Position numbers and translations under genes: made by a program. The notes under the pieces are model-generated. The model saw only the letters and a program-made list of their open reading frames with translations, did not search any database and was not told where the DNA came from. Source: Felis catus (lineage: Eukaryota). Taken from it: 64,000 nt of DNA. Positions within the stretch are counted from its first letter, which is position 1, and each line of letters opens with the position of its first letter. The stretch spans positions 40,984,001 through 41,048,000 of the forward strand of contig NC_058368.1 of NCBI RefSeq assembly GCF_018350175.1, read 5' to 3'. Below are positions 38,353 through 51,280 of this stretch, in pieces.

Positions 38353-38833
38353 TGTCCAAGAGGAAGGCCTTCCACTGCCCCACAGGCCTTCTAGGTGGAC
38401 TTAGAATCAAATTGACATGAGACAGATCAATAGGAGAAAATAAAATTTAATAGGCATACGTTAAGGGAATCCACACAGACATGAAATTCTAAAGACAATG
38501 AGGCAACAAGAAGCTTGTAGGAGCTAAGGAGAGGGGTAGGGGCCTGAGGATGCAAAGGGGAGAAAGGTCATTATTAAGAAGGTGAAAGGAGATGTTTGGA
38601 AAAGCAAAAGTTGCCTTATTATGCAGATGTGTTTCTTATGTAAATGTGTGTGGGGGTGGGGTCTCTGTTAATACTTCTCTCTGGTTTCAGGCTCTCCTTT
38701 TCAATATAAATTCAGGCAGTTATTGGGGAGGCAGAGTCTTTCCTACATCTGCTGGGTTTTGATTACTTTTATCTCAAAATAATCTTTATACCAAAGTGGC
38801 ACATTTTGGAGAGCCTTATCCTGCACCCCTTCA
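38353..38833 (-). mobile_element. ERV1 solo LTR (MER34-like)
   Basis: Minus strand starts tgaaggggtgcaggata…ccaaaatgtgccactttggtataaagattattttgag. Confidence 0.75.
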
Positions 38834-38971
38834 GAGGGTTGGGCATAATCCTTCCCTGTGGCTTTTTGCCCCATCTGCTTGGCTTCTCTCTCTTCCTTTT
38901 GTACTCTTGGCTCCACCCTCAGCATCATCATTCCTTATTCATGAATAGTAGCAACTGTTTGCAGCTGACTA

Positions 38972-39414
38972 TAGTAGCCCCCCCTTACCGATAGGAGATG
39001 TGTTTCAAGACCCCCAGTGGCTGCATGAAACTGTGGATAGCACTAAATCCTGTATTACTAGGTTTTTTCCTATACCTACATACTTGTGATAAAGTTTAAT
39101 TTATAAATCAGACATAGTGAGAGATTAGTAGCAATAACTACTAAAACAGAACAATTATAATAATATATTGTATAATAAAAATTGTGTGAAAGTGGTCCTT
39201 CTCTCTTTCCCAAAATATCTTTCTGGGCTATACTCAACTTCCTTGTGATGATGTGAGATGATAAAATGTGTGATGAAATGAGGGGGAATGACACAGGCAT
39301 TGTTATATAGCCTTGTGCTATTATTGACTTTCTGACAATATGACCACAGGTATCCGAAACTGCAGAAAGTCAAACCACAGAAAGCAAAATTGAGGATGGG
39401 GGTTGGAGCTACCA
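38972..39414. mobile_element. MER44 (Tigger7-derived TcMar element)
   Basis: tagtagcccccccttac…caagacccccagtgg; degenerate terminal inverted repeats; TA on both flanks. Confidence 0.85.
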
Positions 39415-41635
39415 TAGTTTCATTATCATGCTTGCTGCCAGTAGATTTGGGGGATCAAATAACCTCCCTTTATCTTGTACTCTTTCTTTTAAATTTCAAG
39501 TGTCAGTGTTTCTACTGATAAGAGTTTCACAATTTTTTTTTTTTTAACTTCACCAAGTTTTAATCCATGGAACAAAACCCACACAAACAAATCTTTGGGG
39601 CATAATTCTTTCTTTATATTGACCTCCTGCTGAGATGGTTGGGGACCATAACCTTACTCATTTTAGAGGTCCTCTGGTTGGATTGAGGTCTGTGAAACAC
39701 AACCTTAATCTCTTGAAAGAGCCTTTGTGTGACTGTACACACTGACATTATGATCTTTCTGACTTTATGGCAAAAGGTTGTACAGTTGACGCCTTCATAT
39801 GCTTTTCTGTCATTTAAAGCAAGGACTTAATTTTAGCACTTTGCCATATGGATAGACTGAGAATTTCTAAATAATCACATGTTGATTGTCTTTTTGTTTA
39901 ACAGTTCTTCCTTCTATTTATCCCTATTTATTCTTATATTTTACTATGAGCAACAAAAGAAATCAGGCCATCCTTTTAACAGATTTCCTTGGGAATCTCC
40001 TCAGCTTAGTATTCAAATTCATCACTTACAAGTTCTGCTTCCCACATAAGCATAGTAGACAATTTTACTGAGATTTCTGTTACCACATAACAAGGTTACC
40101 CTGTGCTCTACTTTCCAGACCTTTTTATTTTACTTACTTGTGAGCCTTTGTCAGCTATGCCCCTCCCCCCCCCCCCCCCCAGATTTCTACCATCAGTCTA
40201 TACCCAGTGATTTAGACTTTCTCTAAGGTGATTAATATTTATTCTTCATGTTCCTCATGCCCTTATGAAACTTCACTGGTAGCATATTTAAAATACATAT
40301 CCCAATTAACAGTTTGTTCAAGGTAATCTAATCTAATGGTAGGATTTTCTTTTGCTTCTCAAAAATTTTTCAGCCTCCACTGATAGGCCAATTCCAAAAG
40401 CTTAGTTACCTAGGCAAAATCCCCCTTTTCATGTACTATAACAAAATCCTGAGAGAGATGTTCCATCAGTCACAAGTTCTGCCCAGGAAATAATGTAAAG
40501 GTGAGGGACTTTTGAGGTTATCTTGGAATTCTGCCTCCTACTACTCCCAAAAAGATAAAAATGAAAACCCAATTTTCTACCACACTACTCCCAGCTCTGC
40601 ACTCCAAAGCCTTACTTCTTCTTATAAAGTATTTATATTGTTTTTTATTGATTTATAGATGTTAAAATTTGATTTCTCATTTTACTAAAGGCAGTTTTAA
40701 CTCTCATACTTTCCCATGTAATTTTACATATAAATATACTGTCTGTTGCAAATTTAAGAATTTTAATATAATTATATTAATATCTTCCTTACACCAGACT
40801 TAAGTGCTTTTCTATTTTCTTGCCTTTATTTTCCATTATTATATTTTAATTTTTTCCAAACATTTTCATGCATAAGAGAGTCTGTTGAGTAACCATTTTA
40901 TCTAGAAGTCTCCTGCTCCAATATGGCTGATTGATCTGTAGACTTCTGTTGACACAAAGACTACTTCCTTTCTCTATTTTCCTGATGAGTTACTTTTTCT
41001 TCCTAGATTTCATGTTTTCACTTCTTTGTTTTGCTTGAGCACTTTCTAAGAAGGCACATAAATATAAAGGCAAATAAATATTCCTAGTCTTCACATTTAT
41101 GAAAATGCCTTAATTATATCCTCAAAATTCACTTATGGTTTTTCTAGGTGTAGAAATTTTGGATAAAAATGAGCCTTCAGAATTGTGGAAGTTTTAGTTT
41201 GTCATCTTCTAATATCTAGTGTTATTATTGCCAGTCTGATGCCATTTGATCCTTATTTTATTGTACTTGACCTATGTGTTTCTCTCTGGAAGCTTTGTGT
41301 CCATTCTTTATCTCTGTGGTGTGATATCTTTTGGTCTTTTTGTTATTGTTTATTATGTTGGGCACTCTGGAACTGTTGGTCATCTCTGCTATAATACAAA
41401 TGGAGAAAGTTTTTAGGTGGACTAGGTTTTTAGTATCAAATAGTTTACATTCAGAACGTCTTCATTGAGCACTCAGTACTGTAGTCAAGCACTAGATACT
41501 TATATGGAGGCAAATGAGTAGATTCATGAAATAAAAACCTAGAAATTAAAAATGCCTAGAATCTTCCAATTGTAACGATATCATTTAAACATTCATTTAT
41601 AGGAACAGGCCAGAATTGAAACAAAAGAGTCACAC

Positions 41636-41900
41636 CTTAATCCATACTGCAAAGAAAAGTATTTTGCATTTAGTAAAGAAGAAATTAACAGGTCTTCTTG
41701 ACGAATCCTTTTAGCTCCTGAGAAAGTTAAATGTGTGGAAAAATGGATGTAATTTATTAATACTGAAGAAATAGAATGAAGGGATAAGTGGGCTGATTTA
41801 TTAGGAAAGATTAGGAAATCTAAATACACATAGCTTGACTAAGAAATAGCTAAGGAAATACTAATGAATGTGTTGAATTGCAGCTGAGCCGATTTAGGAA
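41636..41900 (-). pseudogene. Candidate exon, 265 nt, phase 1-2: (I)PKSAQLQFNTFISISLAIS*SSYVYLDFLIFPNKSAHLSLHSISSVLINYIHFSTHLTFSGAKRIRQEDLLISSLLNAKYFSLQYGL
   Basis: Acceptor ctcttatttcttacag, donor AAG|gtgtga (alternative CA|gtatgg at 41648, same phase); one stop in 87 codons. Confidence 0.55.
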
Positions 41901-42239
41901 CTGTAAGAAATAAGAGCAATTGCTTGGATGTGTTAAAAAGAATTATAATTAGTTTTAATGGAATTGAATAAAATATTAATTTAAGACTTAATTTGTGATA
42001 CAGTGCATTTCAGGATTTGTGACCATTAAAGAATTCTAAATGATGATTACTTCATTAATAAAGTGTTAGTATCCATCTCAATTCCTCAAGTTCTTTCAGG
42101 TAAACATGATAAAATGACTATCATGAGAGCACGCCTTTATTCCTTCTGACTTTCATCCAACCAAGAATTTACATGGAGAGGAGGTGGAGAGAGAGGGCAA
42201 GCAGAGTGGGAAGCGGAAGGTTGAGAATGGAGGGCTTAC

Positions 42240-42291
42240 TTTGATTTACTCTACAAAGTATACCAGTCCTCTTTCTTTATTCAAGCAGAAC
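42240..42291 (-). pseudogene. Candidate exon, 52 nt, phase 0-1: VLLE*RKRTGILCRVNQ
   Basis: Donor AAA|gtaagc, weak acceptor gtgtacgtag; bridges the phases of both neighbours. Confidence 0.4.
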
Positions 42292-43256
42292 CTACGTACA
42301 CATTTATAGCCTCTTTTTAGTCAATTATAATGCCGTTTCTGGAAATCATTGTGGTAGCATAAATTTCTACCTCAAAAAATTAAATATAGTGGTTCTTAGC
42401 AAGCCCATAAAGTCACAGAAATAGCTTGAGCCAATACAACATAAAAATTATAAAATCCACGCAAAATGTGTCAGGTCCCAAAAGACAAAATAATGTTCAC
42501 TTTCTTGTGTGAACCACTCACAGCACAAAGAATTCTTTATAAGAATTTATTTTATATTCTTTCTGTTTTGTGAAACAAATGAATATTAATTGAATAACCA
42601 GATACTTGTAAAGTAGATGGTGTCTGGCTCAATTCACACACTTGAGAATGAAATTGGGTCTCCCTTCAAGACACAGATGATTCATTGATTCAGAAAATAT
42701 GTATTGAATGTTTAACTTTACGCCATGAACTCCTCTGGACCCTCTCATGAGGGAGACAGAAAATAATTCTGTGGGTAAGGGAAGAAAGTGGCTTGTAGCG
42801 AAGGAAACGAAAGTATGTTAGGGGAGAAGGGGCTTTAGACTCTGAAGTTTAGAGGGCTTAAGAAAGGCCTCTGAATTTACAAGAAAGAAACTGAATCGTG
42901 ACCTATTTGTCCTCAATCTTTTTACCCAATCACCCAAAAACACATTCCAATGCAGTTTCCACAATTATACATCTGTCATCGTGTATTTTCTGATAGTGTT
43001 TAGTTTATAAAAAACTAACAGTGTAGTTACTAGTACTGTAGTAAATAGGTGATTCTTAATTAAAAATCCTGATTTAAGATTAAATACTAACTATATAAGA
43101 GCCATTGTATCAGACCCAATTACAGGTGAGGAAACCTTGGTTTAAGAACTTGATTACTGCCATCTAACTGGTATGTGGTTTCAGCTCCAGTTTGAACCCT
43201 GGTCAGTCTGTCTATGATGCCCATGTTCTAGCCATGGGAGTTCTTTTTTATCCTAC

Positions 43257-43450
43257 TTTTCAGCATGAAATACGGCACTGGATTTTAGTTTGAACTTGGC
43301 CGTCATTTCCAGTGGATTTGGTATCCCTTGGGAGAAAACAAAATGTCCAAAGATATTCTAGGTAATGTTTAGGAAGACAGAGTTTGAGTTCAAAAGTGGC
43401 ATTTTTTTTAAGTGATGTTGAAACATCCCTACCAGTATTTGAGTTAAAGT
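43257..43450 (-). pseudogene. Candidate exon, 194 nt, phase 1-0: (N)FNSNTGRDVSTSLKKNATFELKLCLPKHYLEYLWTFCFLPRDTKSTGNDGQVQTKIQCRISC*K
   Basis: Acceptor taatatattttcag, donor AAA|gtagga; 62 open codons before one stop; phase matches the upstream exon. Confidence 0.55.
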
Positions 43451-43590
43451 CTGAAAATATATTACTATATGGGAAATTGAATTATAAAATTTATGTACAT
43501 TTTGATTTTTTAAAATGACTCTCAGAGAAGAGAATGAGCTAGGGTCAGCTTATAAAAGACGTTAGATAACATATGGAAAGGGAGATTTAC

Positions 43591-43674
43591 TGATAGAATT
43601 GAATGGCTTGGCAATATTTGTGCCTTGGGTTAAATCATGGGAAAACAAATCTTCATGAGTTCTGCACTGGATAC
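43591..43674 (-). pseudogene. Candidate exon, 84 nt, phase 1-1: (G)IQCRTHEDLFSHDLTQGTNIAKPFNSI
   Basis: Acceptor attccttggcttccag, donor TCA|gtaaat; open. Confidence 0.55.
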
Positions 43675-44420
43675 CTGGAAGCCAAGGAATAGCATGAGAG
43701 CATTGTTTACTTGGAAGACAGGAAATCATAAAAGCCAAAGCAAGTATGTGCCCCAAAAGATGAAGTAATCATTAGGGCACATTTTTATTATCTAGATATA
43801 CTTGGGCCAAAGCATTTTACTTACTGGCTTTTTGTGTAAGACTAAATCTATTGGAAATTAACCTTCTAATCATTCAGTTTTGTTCTAAAGCTAGAGATTA
43901 AAGATAGATGATAGTTATAGATATAGCTACATATAACTATATATTACATAGTAACTATATATCACATATATAATTGCTTTTCTGCTAATTAATTTTACTA
44001 ATTACATATATGCAGCAAGTGATTACTAAATACAAATTTTAATTTACTCGAAATGAGTAAACCATTATTAGCATTTGTGTTAATTGACATTGTGTTAATT
44101 GGCATTATGTTAATTGGTATTCAATATAGCGATGTCAGTTTTAATAGCTTTATTAATTAGTATCTAAAAACATTTCTGATAATTTAAGGTGCACTTGTCA
44201 AAAACACTTGTTCTCTGCTTCTAGGAAATGGGTTGGCAAGTTATTTCTCAAGGAAAAATTGATTTTTTCAGAAGTGAAATGTTTGAATTTACATAAAAAT
44301 ATTCACCCTGTGAGTTGTCGCATAAAGCACTCCAGATCAATTGAGAGATCATGTATATGACAGAAAATATTGATGGTGAGGCACTGACCTGATCAGTACC
44401 AATATGTGGGGCTCACATAC

Positions 44421-44558
44421 CCATACTTGGATGCAAAAGGAACATGTATTTCTCCAGAGCCCATTATACCTACACTGTACTGGGAGTTCTGCATCACTGT
44501 TTATACGGTCCAGTTTGTATGATGACATAAAGAATTGGGGAGGGACAGACCATGATAT
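44421..44558 (-). pseudogene. Candidate exon, 138 nt; frame 0 is open: ISWSVPPQFFMSSYKLDRINSDAELPVQCRYNGLWRNTCSFCIQVW
   Basis: Acceptor ttttataatttttcaag, donor TGG|gtatgt; length divisible by 3. Confidence 0.5.
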
Positions 44559-44679
44559 CTTGAAAAATTATAAAATATAAATAGTGTATAAATGGTGTAT
44601 AAATACACAAAATTTGAGGAAATGCATTTCAGTGGTGTTTGTGTTAAAGTTCAGATTAATTTAAACAATCTTTAAAAAA

Positions 44680-45594
44680 CTAATTCTTTTATCCTCTCAA
44701 TAAATGAATTCATCCAAGAAGCCCTGTCTCCTTTAACTGTCCTGTGGAGGAAGGTAGGTTTCTGAGGTTTCTGCTTCTTCATACATAACACTGGTCACTT
44801 TATCTCATTCTTGGAACAGAGAAGCTATTCCTGGTTATTTTTCTGTTTTTTAACTCTTGCCATGCAAAAATACTTGTCCTGTCTGGAACCTCTTCAGGTG
44901 AAGACAGTTTTTTACCCAACAACAGGAAAAAGATTGTGAGCCAAATCTCAAAGAACTATTCTGGGTTCAAAAGTTGAGGAGAATGGTTTCATTCAGTTTA
45001 ATAGCAAACCGGAAATAAGCAATACAGACACATGTCAATAAGAGTGAGTGGTTGTAGTGACACTATGCCTTCCAGATTTATCATGGTGACACCCAAGCTT
45101 TGGTGGTCAATGTGACCCATAGAGGTCTAGGAAGCCAACAGGTCTAAAGAGCAAAGAAACAACTCTTTATGTCTTAGTGTAAGAAAAGTAAAGTATCAGC
45201 ACCTAACACTCGGTTTAGTGTCACGTTTTCTTGTTCTTTCATCCCCTCTTTCTTGCTGTGTCACCAAACTTGGAATGGTGTCCTTTTATCATTTTCTAAA
45301 CTTTTTAGGATTATTTTTAAAACATATCTACAACCTTTTATTTTAAAAACCCTCTATCTGCGTGTGATTCACAGTATTGCATGCCATTTATTTTTGATAG
45401 TTTGAGGTTATCAAACTCCAAATCAAATCAATCTCTTAATTTAGTTCATACTTTAGAATTTGTGTTACAGTCTTTTTTCTCCCTGGATTCTCATGTTACT
45501 GATTCTTTCGGGAGCCTTGATTTCTTCAATACCAGTGACCTTATCACCACTTTAACCATCCAAATGCTGTAACTGATTTGAACTCATATAAATA
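44680..45594 (-). pseudogene. Large degraded coding-like block, possibly 1-2 exons (…TKLRD*FDLEFDNLKLSKI…; …FEPRIVL*DLAHNLF…; …KKLSSPEEVPDRTSIFAWQELKNRK…)
   Basis: Non-repeat DNA with protein-like stretches; strong internal acceptor gttgtttctttgctctttag before 45143; boundaries uncertain. Confidence 0.3.
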
Positions 45595-45809
45595 CTAAAT
45601 ATGATATATGCCTTTTTAACCTTTTTAAACATAGTCTTCTCTTTTATCATGACATTTCTAGAATAATCCATTTTCCTCCAACCTATCAGTTTCCTTTTGT
45701 TTTGCTTCCTTTCCCATAAAGCCCATTATCCATCAGGACAAATAAATATATTAAATAAATTACTCTAAATAAAAGTACTAAAAATAGAATCAGCTAACAT
45801 TAAGTATGA

Positions 45810-46172
45810 CATGTGCCAGCTATATTTATTGTCCCTTCCCTCTTGACTTACATTTGGCCAATGGAATGTAAAGCTGCCAAGAATGCCATGTCCTACTAAA
45901 AGCTTTTTAGAGGTATGACAAATTTCCTCTTGGGCTCTAGACCTTCTGCTTTTTGCCAACATGTCTCACATAGCAGTCATTTCTTCAGTCTGGATTCTGG
46001 ATGGAAAAACCATCTGGAAAAGACATGAAGCTAACCACAGCCTAGAATCAAGCCCAGTGGAGCCTGGCCAAGATGAACAGATCCAAGTGGAGCAGAGTCC
46101 TAAGCATCCTGCAAGTCCATTACAACCGTTTATTATTTTAGACCACTGAGAATTGGAGCTGATTGTAATTGC
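45810..46172 (+). mobile_element. MaLR LTR fragment (MLT1H-like)
   Basis: tttggccaatggaatgt…agaccactgagaattgg. Confidence 0.5.
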
Positions 46173-46794
46173 CAGATACTGTGTTTATCCACATTTCACA
46201 GATGAAGAAACTAACAATTAAGGAAGCTAAATAACTTATCAAATTTACAAAGCTATTAAATGCTAAGATTTAAATCCAGAACCTGGTTCCTTAGCTTCTT
46301 TGCTCTATTGTCCTCTGATGTATACAATCAACTGCCTGGTAGAGTCAGAAAGCTCCTGAAATTCTCCCATGTTCTGTGACTTTAGCATGGAGATCCACAT
46401 TTTTAGGCTGCTGAATATTTCAAGAAAAAATTACCAAACTCCTTAGATAGGTTGCTTTATGTATTCATAGTTTCTAATTTGTTTTATGCCTTCAATTTTG
46501 AAAATCTGAGTTTCTGTGTTTCTCATTAACTACCATTTCCCACTGAAATTTTCCCTAATCTCTAACAGATTCCTCAGTTTTCTTATCTCCCCAATATCTC
46601 AATATATACTTGCAATATTATTTATTTCATGTAATATCTCTTCATTATTTGGTACTACTAACCACTGCTCCCTTAGTAGAGTTCTATTTTCCTTTGACTT
46701 ACATGAAAACATTCTAGTCTGATTCCCTTAGACGAATGTTCTGAAATGTTCAACTTCTCATCAAGTTTTTTCTTTTCCTATGAGTTTTCCTTTT

Positions 46795-47262
46795 GATTGA
46801 GTCCAGGAGAAGCTACACTAACAGAGAGACCGAAATACACTGGCTCAACAAGCTAGAAGTTAGTTTCGTCCTCATAGAATGGGTCCAGAGGTTGGTGGGG
46901 GTCTAGAGGGGATAGGCAGGTCTTCCCAAAGGATAGGCAACACCTCAGTTTTATTTTCCTATTTTACCGTATCCAATGGATGTTTCTTGTCTGAATTGCT
47001 CATCATTATTTCTGCATGCCAGCCAGTGGGAAAGAATAAAGAGACAATGTAAAAGAGCAAGCAAATTTCTTTTCAGTGTACTAATGTGGAAATTACACAT
47101 AACTTTTCTACTTACATTCCATTGGTCATAATTTTGTCACATGTCTATACTTAGCTGCAAAGGAGATAGAGCAATGTAGTTTTAAATATGAATAGATAAC
47201 TGCCTTGTTGAAACTTATTGGAAAGGAGAATGCATATTGCAGGATAGTTGGCAATATGTACC
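46795..47262 (-). mobile_element. MaLR LTR (MLT1J/K-like)
   Basis: cacataacttttctacttacattccattggtcata…agctgcaaagga. Confidence 0.55.
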
Positions 47263-47589
47263 AGAGCTGGTCTTAAATTTCACATTTGTTCATTTATGAC
47301 CTTACTTCACATATTTTGCTCTGTGACCTCATCTATATTTATGACTTATATAACTCACATAAGACAAGTAATATATCATTCTCCATTTCCAGTTCTAATC
47401 TCTCTTACTATTTCCATAAATTAATACATAGGAATTTGTTCCTTTCATCATGTTCAAAATTGAGTTGAGGAATGCTAAAAATAAGGTAAAGTCATGGGAG
47501 ACTTTTTAGCCTCTACACAAGTGATCTCCAAAATGTAAACTATTTTTAAAATGTACTCCTTCAGAGTACAATAACATCAACCATATTTA

Positions 47590-48900
47590 GGTTGGTGGGA
47601 TTTTTTTTCTCCTAACCCTTTCAACACTTACTCCTCTCTCTTCTTGCTTACATGGTTTCTGAGAAGTTGAATGTAATTCTCATCTTTGTTCTTTAGAGGT
47701 GAAGTGATTTTTTTTCAGACTTCCTTCAAGATTTAAAAAAAAAATTTTTCCATAGTTTGTGTAGTTTTGTTGTTGTTTGTTTGTTTTTGTTTTTGGCATT
47801 TATTCTGTATAGTGTTTCTGAATTTCCTGGGTCTGTGGCTTAGTGTCTCACTTAATTTGGGGAACTTCTCACTCAATTATTGTTTCAAATATTTCTTATT
47901 TCCCTTTATTTCTTTCATCTCCCTCTGGTATTCCTATTATGTGTATGTTACGTATTTTGTATTTTTCCCACAGTCCTTGGATATTCTGTTTTGGTTTCTT
48001 TTATCCAGTCTTTGTTCTCTTTGCTTTTTAGGTTTGCTGTTTTTTATTGAGATATTCTCAAGCTCAGTTGTTTGTTTTTTTTCTCAGCCATGTCCAGTCT
48101 ATTAATGAGGCCATCAAAGTCATTCTTCACTTCTGTGACAGTGCTTTTAATCCATACCATTCTTTTTGGTTCTTTCGTAGGGTTTCAATCTCTCTGATTA
48201 TATTGCCCATCTGTTCTTGCATGCTGTCTACTTTATCTATTATAGCCTTAACATAGTAACCAGATATATTTTATACCATTTATTTATTTTTGAGAGAGAC
48301 AGAGAGACAGAGTGTGAGTGGGGGAGGGGCAGAGAGAGAGAGAGGGAGACACAGAATTGGAGCAGGTTCCAGGCTCCGAGCTGTCAGCACAGAGTCTGAC
48401 ACGGGGCTTGAACTCACTGACCACGAGATCATGACCTGAGCCGAAGTTGGACACTTAACTGATTGAGCCACCCAGGCACTCCATTAATCACATATGTTTT
48501 AAATTCCTGGTCTGATAATTCCAACATCTCTGTCCTGTCATGTTCGGATACTTGCTCTGACTCTTGTAACTGTTTTGTGATGTTTTCATCCACTGGAGGT
48601 TCTGGCTTTCAGACCTGTCCACCTTGAACCTCCAACATTTCATCAATTACAGTTCAGGTTTTCTTATTGCTGGCCCTGGTTCCTGTAGTGATTTCTGCTT
48701 GAGTTTCTGTTCTGGTAAGCCATTACTCCCTATATTTGCCTGTTGTTTCCCTAAACTTGGGGGCAGTGGTAGTTTTCCCTGTGTCTTCATCTCTCCTATG
48801 GATGCAAGAAGTGTTGTTAATTTTTTTCAGTCTGTTCAACTTTTGCTTGTTGTTCAGACATGGTGGCAACTTCCAAGCTCTTTACATGTGTAACCAAGAG
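47590..48900 (-). mobile_element. Old L1M 5'/ORF1 remnant
   Basis: catggtttctgagaagttgaatgtaattctcatc…ttttaaattcctggtctgataattccaacatct. Confidence 0.6.
48272..48482 (-). mobile_element. CAN-SINE
   Basis: Consensus match. Confidence 0.92.
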
Positions 48901-50421
48901 CCAGAATATACTTAAAAGCTTTCAAAATTATTAATATGCTACATAACTTGCAATAAAAGTCTTGTTCTTCATTTTGTTAGCTATTTATCTTGCCATTTTG
49001 TTTGATTGGACATTAGGCAAAATTTTACACATAAGTAATTACTCAATTAAAAATAAATATAAACATTGAAAATCCCCCTCCCTAAGATATTGTTGATCAT
49101 ATTTTAGAAAAAAATTATACAAAAAAAGAAAAGAAGAAGAAAATATCATTCAAATTTTCAATTGCTGTGCTGGTTAACATTGAGTAGAACTGAACAAATC
49201 AAATGCTAAAATCTACCTGCTTTTGTGAAGAGAATCATCGACGTCATTCAGCGATTAAATATTTGACCATTTAGACCTTACAATTATTTGTCATTTTCAT
49301 TTTAGAAAGATATGTAACATATTAATGCAAAGATCGGACCTAAATAGGTATGGTAGAAAATATTGTTTACTCTTTCATGCTTGGGTGATTTTGCTTTTTA
49401 TTTCTTCCTCCTTTAACTACAGGAAGACATATGGATTCAAGTGAAATAGTTTCTTAAACTCATAAATTGAGTTGGAAAATATTTAATTTATATTAAATAA
49501 ATTTATATTAAATTTAATAAATGCTTATTAAAACAACCATTGAGAGAGATAAATGAGAGCAGAGAAGAAAGGATGTGGATGTTTCTTTAAATCACATTTT
49601 ATAATTTTTACCTACCATACATAATGTGCCACAATATCGTATATATGATATGTGTATTAGTTTTTACTCACCACATATTTCAACTGTCAGGCCACTTATC
49701 ATAAAGTTGAACTGAGTCAGAATTCCATGCTGAACCTTTATTAGTTTCCCATGGCTTTCAAAGATCAAGAAAAATTTTAAATTTTACCTAAGGATTCAAT
49801 ATTAACCTTTATGCCACATAAAACTGCAGGCCTGTTGAGTATCTGTGGCTGACAGTCACAGAGGCTAATGATTGGTGAACTGATGCTTTGCAGGTACAGT
49901 TTCCTGGGAGTCATGGCATTCTCAGACTAACATTAAAAAGGTAAAATTGCATTTTGTTATGCCTAATGGAAAAAATAAAAAGGTCTTTGTACATTTTATG
50001 TTTGACCTTTTTCCATGGGGATTCACAAGTGTTCTACTCTTTATTGAGAGTGGGAAAAAAAAAGATATGAATACATTGATTTTCCAGAGGCTCTTTAGTA
50101 TAGGATGTACTATTTTCTGTTTTGGGCATTTAAATCATATATTTTTTTTAGTTTATAATACACTAAAATAATTCGTCATTAATTGAAAATGAATTACTTA
50201 ATAATATGCCCCATGACTATTACATCTGGATTTTATTCTGTATCATAAAAGGGATGTGAGGAATTATTTTATAGGTTAAAAGTTTCTCACAGTCTGTAAA
50301 TATTTCTTTCTTACCCTGACATAATTTTGACCTTATATGAAATCCATTTTGGGGTCTCAGCATGACCAGATATCTATGGAAATTGAAGTACTATTTTTCC
50401 ACTTTTTGATTTTTACTTTAC

Positions 50422-50556
50422 TAATAGTGTCACTCTCATTGAAGCTATTGTCAATGGAGAAGCTAGCATTCTGTACATATTTTTCTGTATTATATTAAGG
50501 AAGGCTAAGTGATGAGGGAAAAATACATGGAAGGAAACAAATTCTACTTCAATTTC
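50422..50556 (-). pseudogene. Candidate exon, 135 nt, phase 0-0: EIEVEFVSFHVFFPHHLAFLNIIQKNMYRMLASPLTIASMRVTLL
   Basis: Long pyrimidine tract ending tattccag, donor TTA|gtaaag; fully open. Confidence 0.5.
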
Positions 50557-50703
50557 CTGGAATACCGAGAAAATAAAATAAAGCAAAATAAAATGTTTTA
50601 GCATTCCTTATGGAGCTGAGAATTTCCACATTTAACCTATTTTCAACATTTGACAAAGAGTGTCAGATTTTACAAAAGGAAAAAAAAAGGTTGTGTATGG
50701 TAC

Positions 50704-50816
50704 AGTTTGCCCACAGGCTCTTAGGTATCTACTAAGCATTTGGATATATCCATTCAAAATGGTTCTTCCTATATATAAATCTAAAAAACTGTCAAGGATA
50801 ATAGATATATGAACAG
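50704..50816 (-). pseudogene. Candidate exon, 113 nt, phase 1-0: (A)VHISIILDSFLDLYIGRTILNGYIQMLSRYLRACGQT
   Basis: Acceptor tttgcattttgtcattag, weak donor ACT|gtacca; lies within the 98-aa ORF 50632..50928. Confidence 0.4.
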
Positions 50817-50899
50817 CTAATGACAAAATGCAAACTTCATTCTTTCCCTTGTTATTAAATGTGTCTGGGGTGTACACATGGAGAGGGTTGAGGTCAGAG

Positions 50900-51110
50900 A
50901 GCCCTGACTCCAAAGGTGTCTCAGTCACTAGGCTATGTGGCCTTCAATAGGTTTCTTATGATTTCTGAGGTTCAGAATTCTCATTGCTAAGATGGAGATA
51001 ATATCTACCTTTTAAGGCTGCTGATTTAATAAACTGGCATAAGTAAAGAAAGCTCTTAGAAAAGTAGTAGGCATTTGGTAAGCATTAAATCAGTGATGAT
51101 TAATAATAAC
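50900..51110 (+). mobile_element. MIR
   Basis: ctatgtggccttcaataggtttcttatgatttctgaggttcagaattctcattgctaagatggagataatatctacct. Confidence 0.65.
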
Positions 51111-51280
51111 AATCATAAATGATTTCAGCAGAAGTTTGAGTCTCAATCAAAATTTCCTACAATGTTTCTAGAAATTGTGCTGATACAAATGAAATGTGCA
51201 GTTAAAAAGAAAATAAAGATATTTGAGAATGTAAATCTTGAAGACATACCTGTTCATTTAAAAAAAAAAAAACTTTCCCT

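Larger units (their letters stand above)
37955..40430 (-). mobile_element. MaLR internal region (MLT-int-like) hosting two later insertions
   Basis: caaaatacatttactccatc…aacatacaatggtggacag…ccagtccaaagcagtttcgaaatccag. Confidence 0.5.

Noticed and set aside
40159..40180. Long C run (also a G run at about 26467) as a G-quadruplex element
   Set aside because: Isolated homopolymer, the C run inside an old repeat; no functional context
50422..50816. Faint resemblance of ISIILDSFLDLYIGRTILNGYIQML…VSFHVFF to the start of a Ulp1/SENP protease domain
   Set aside because: No WLND motif and no catalytic His-Asp-Cys context visible; needs a profile search
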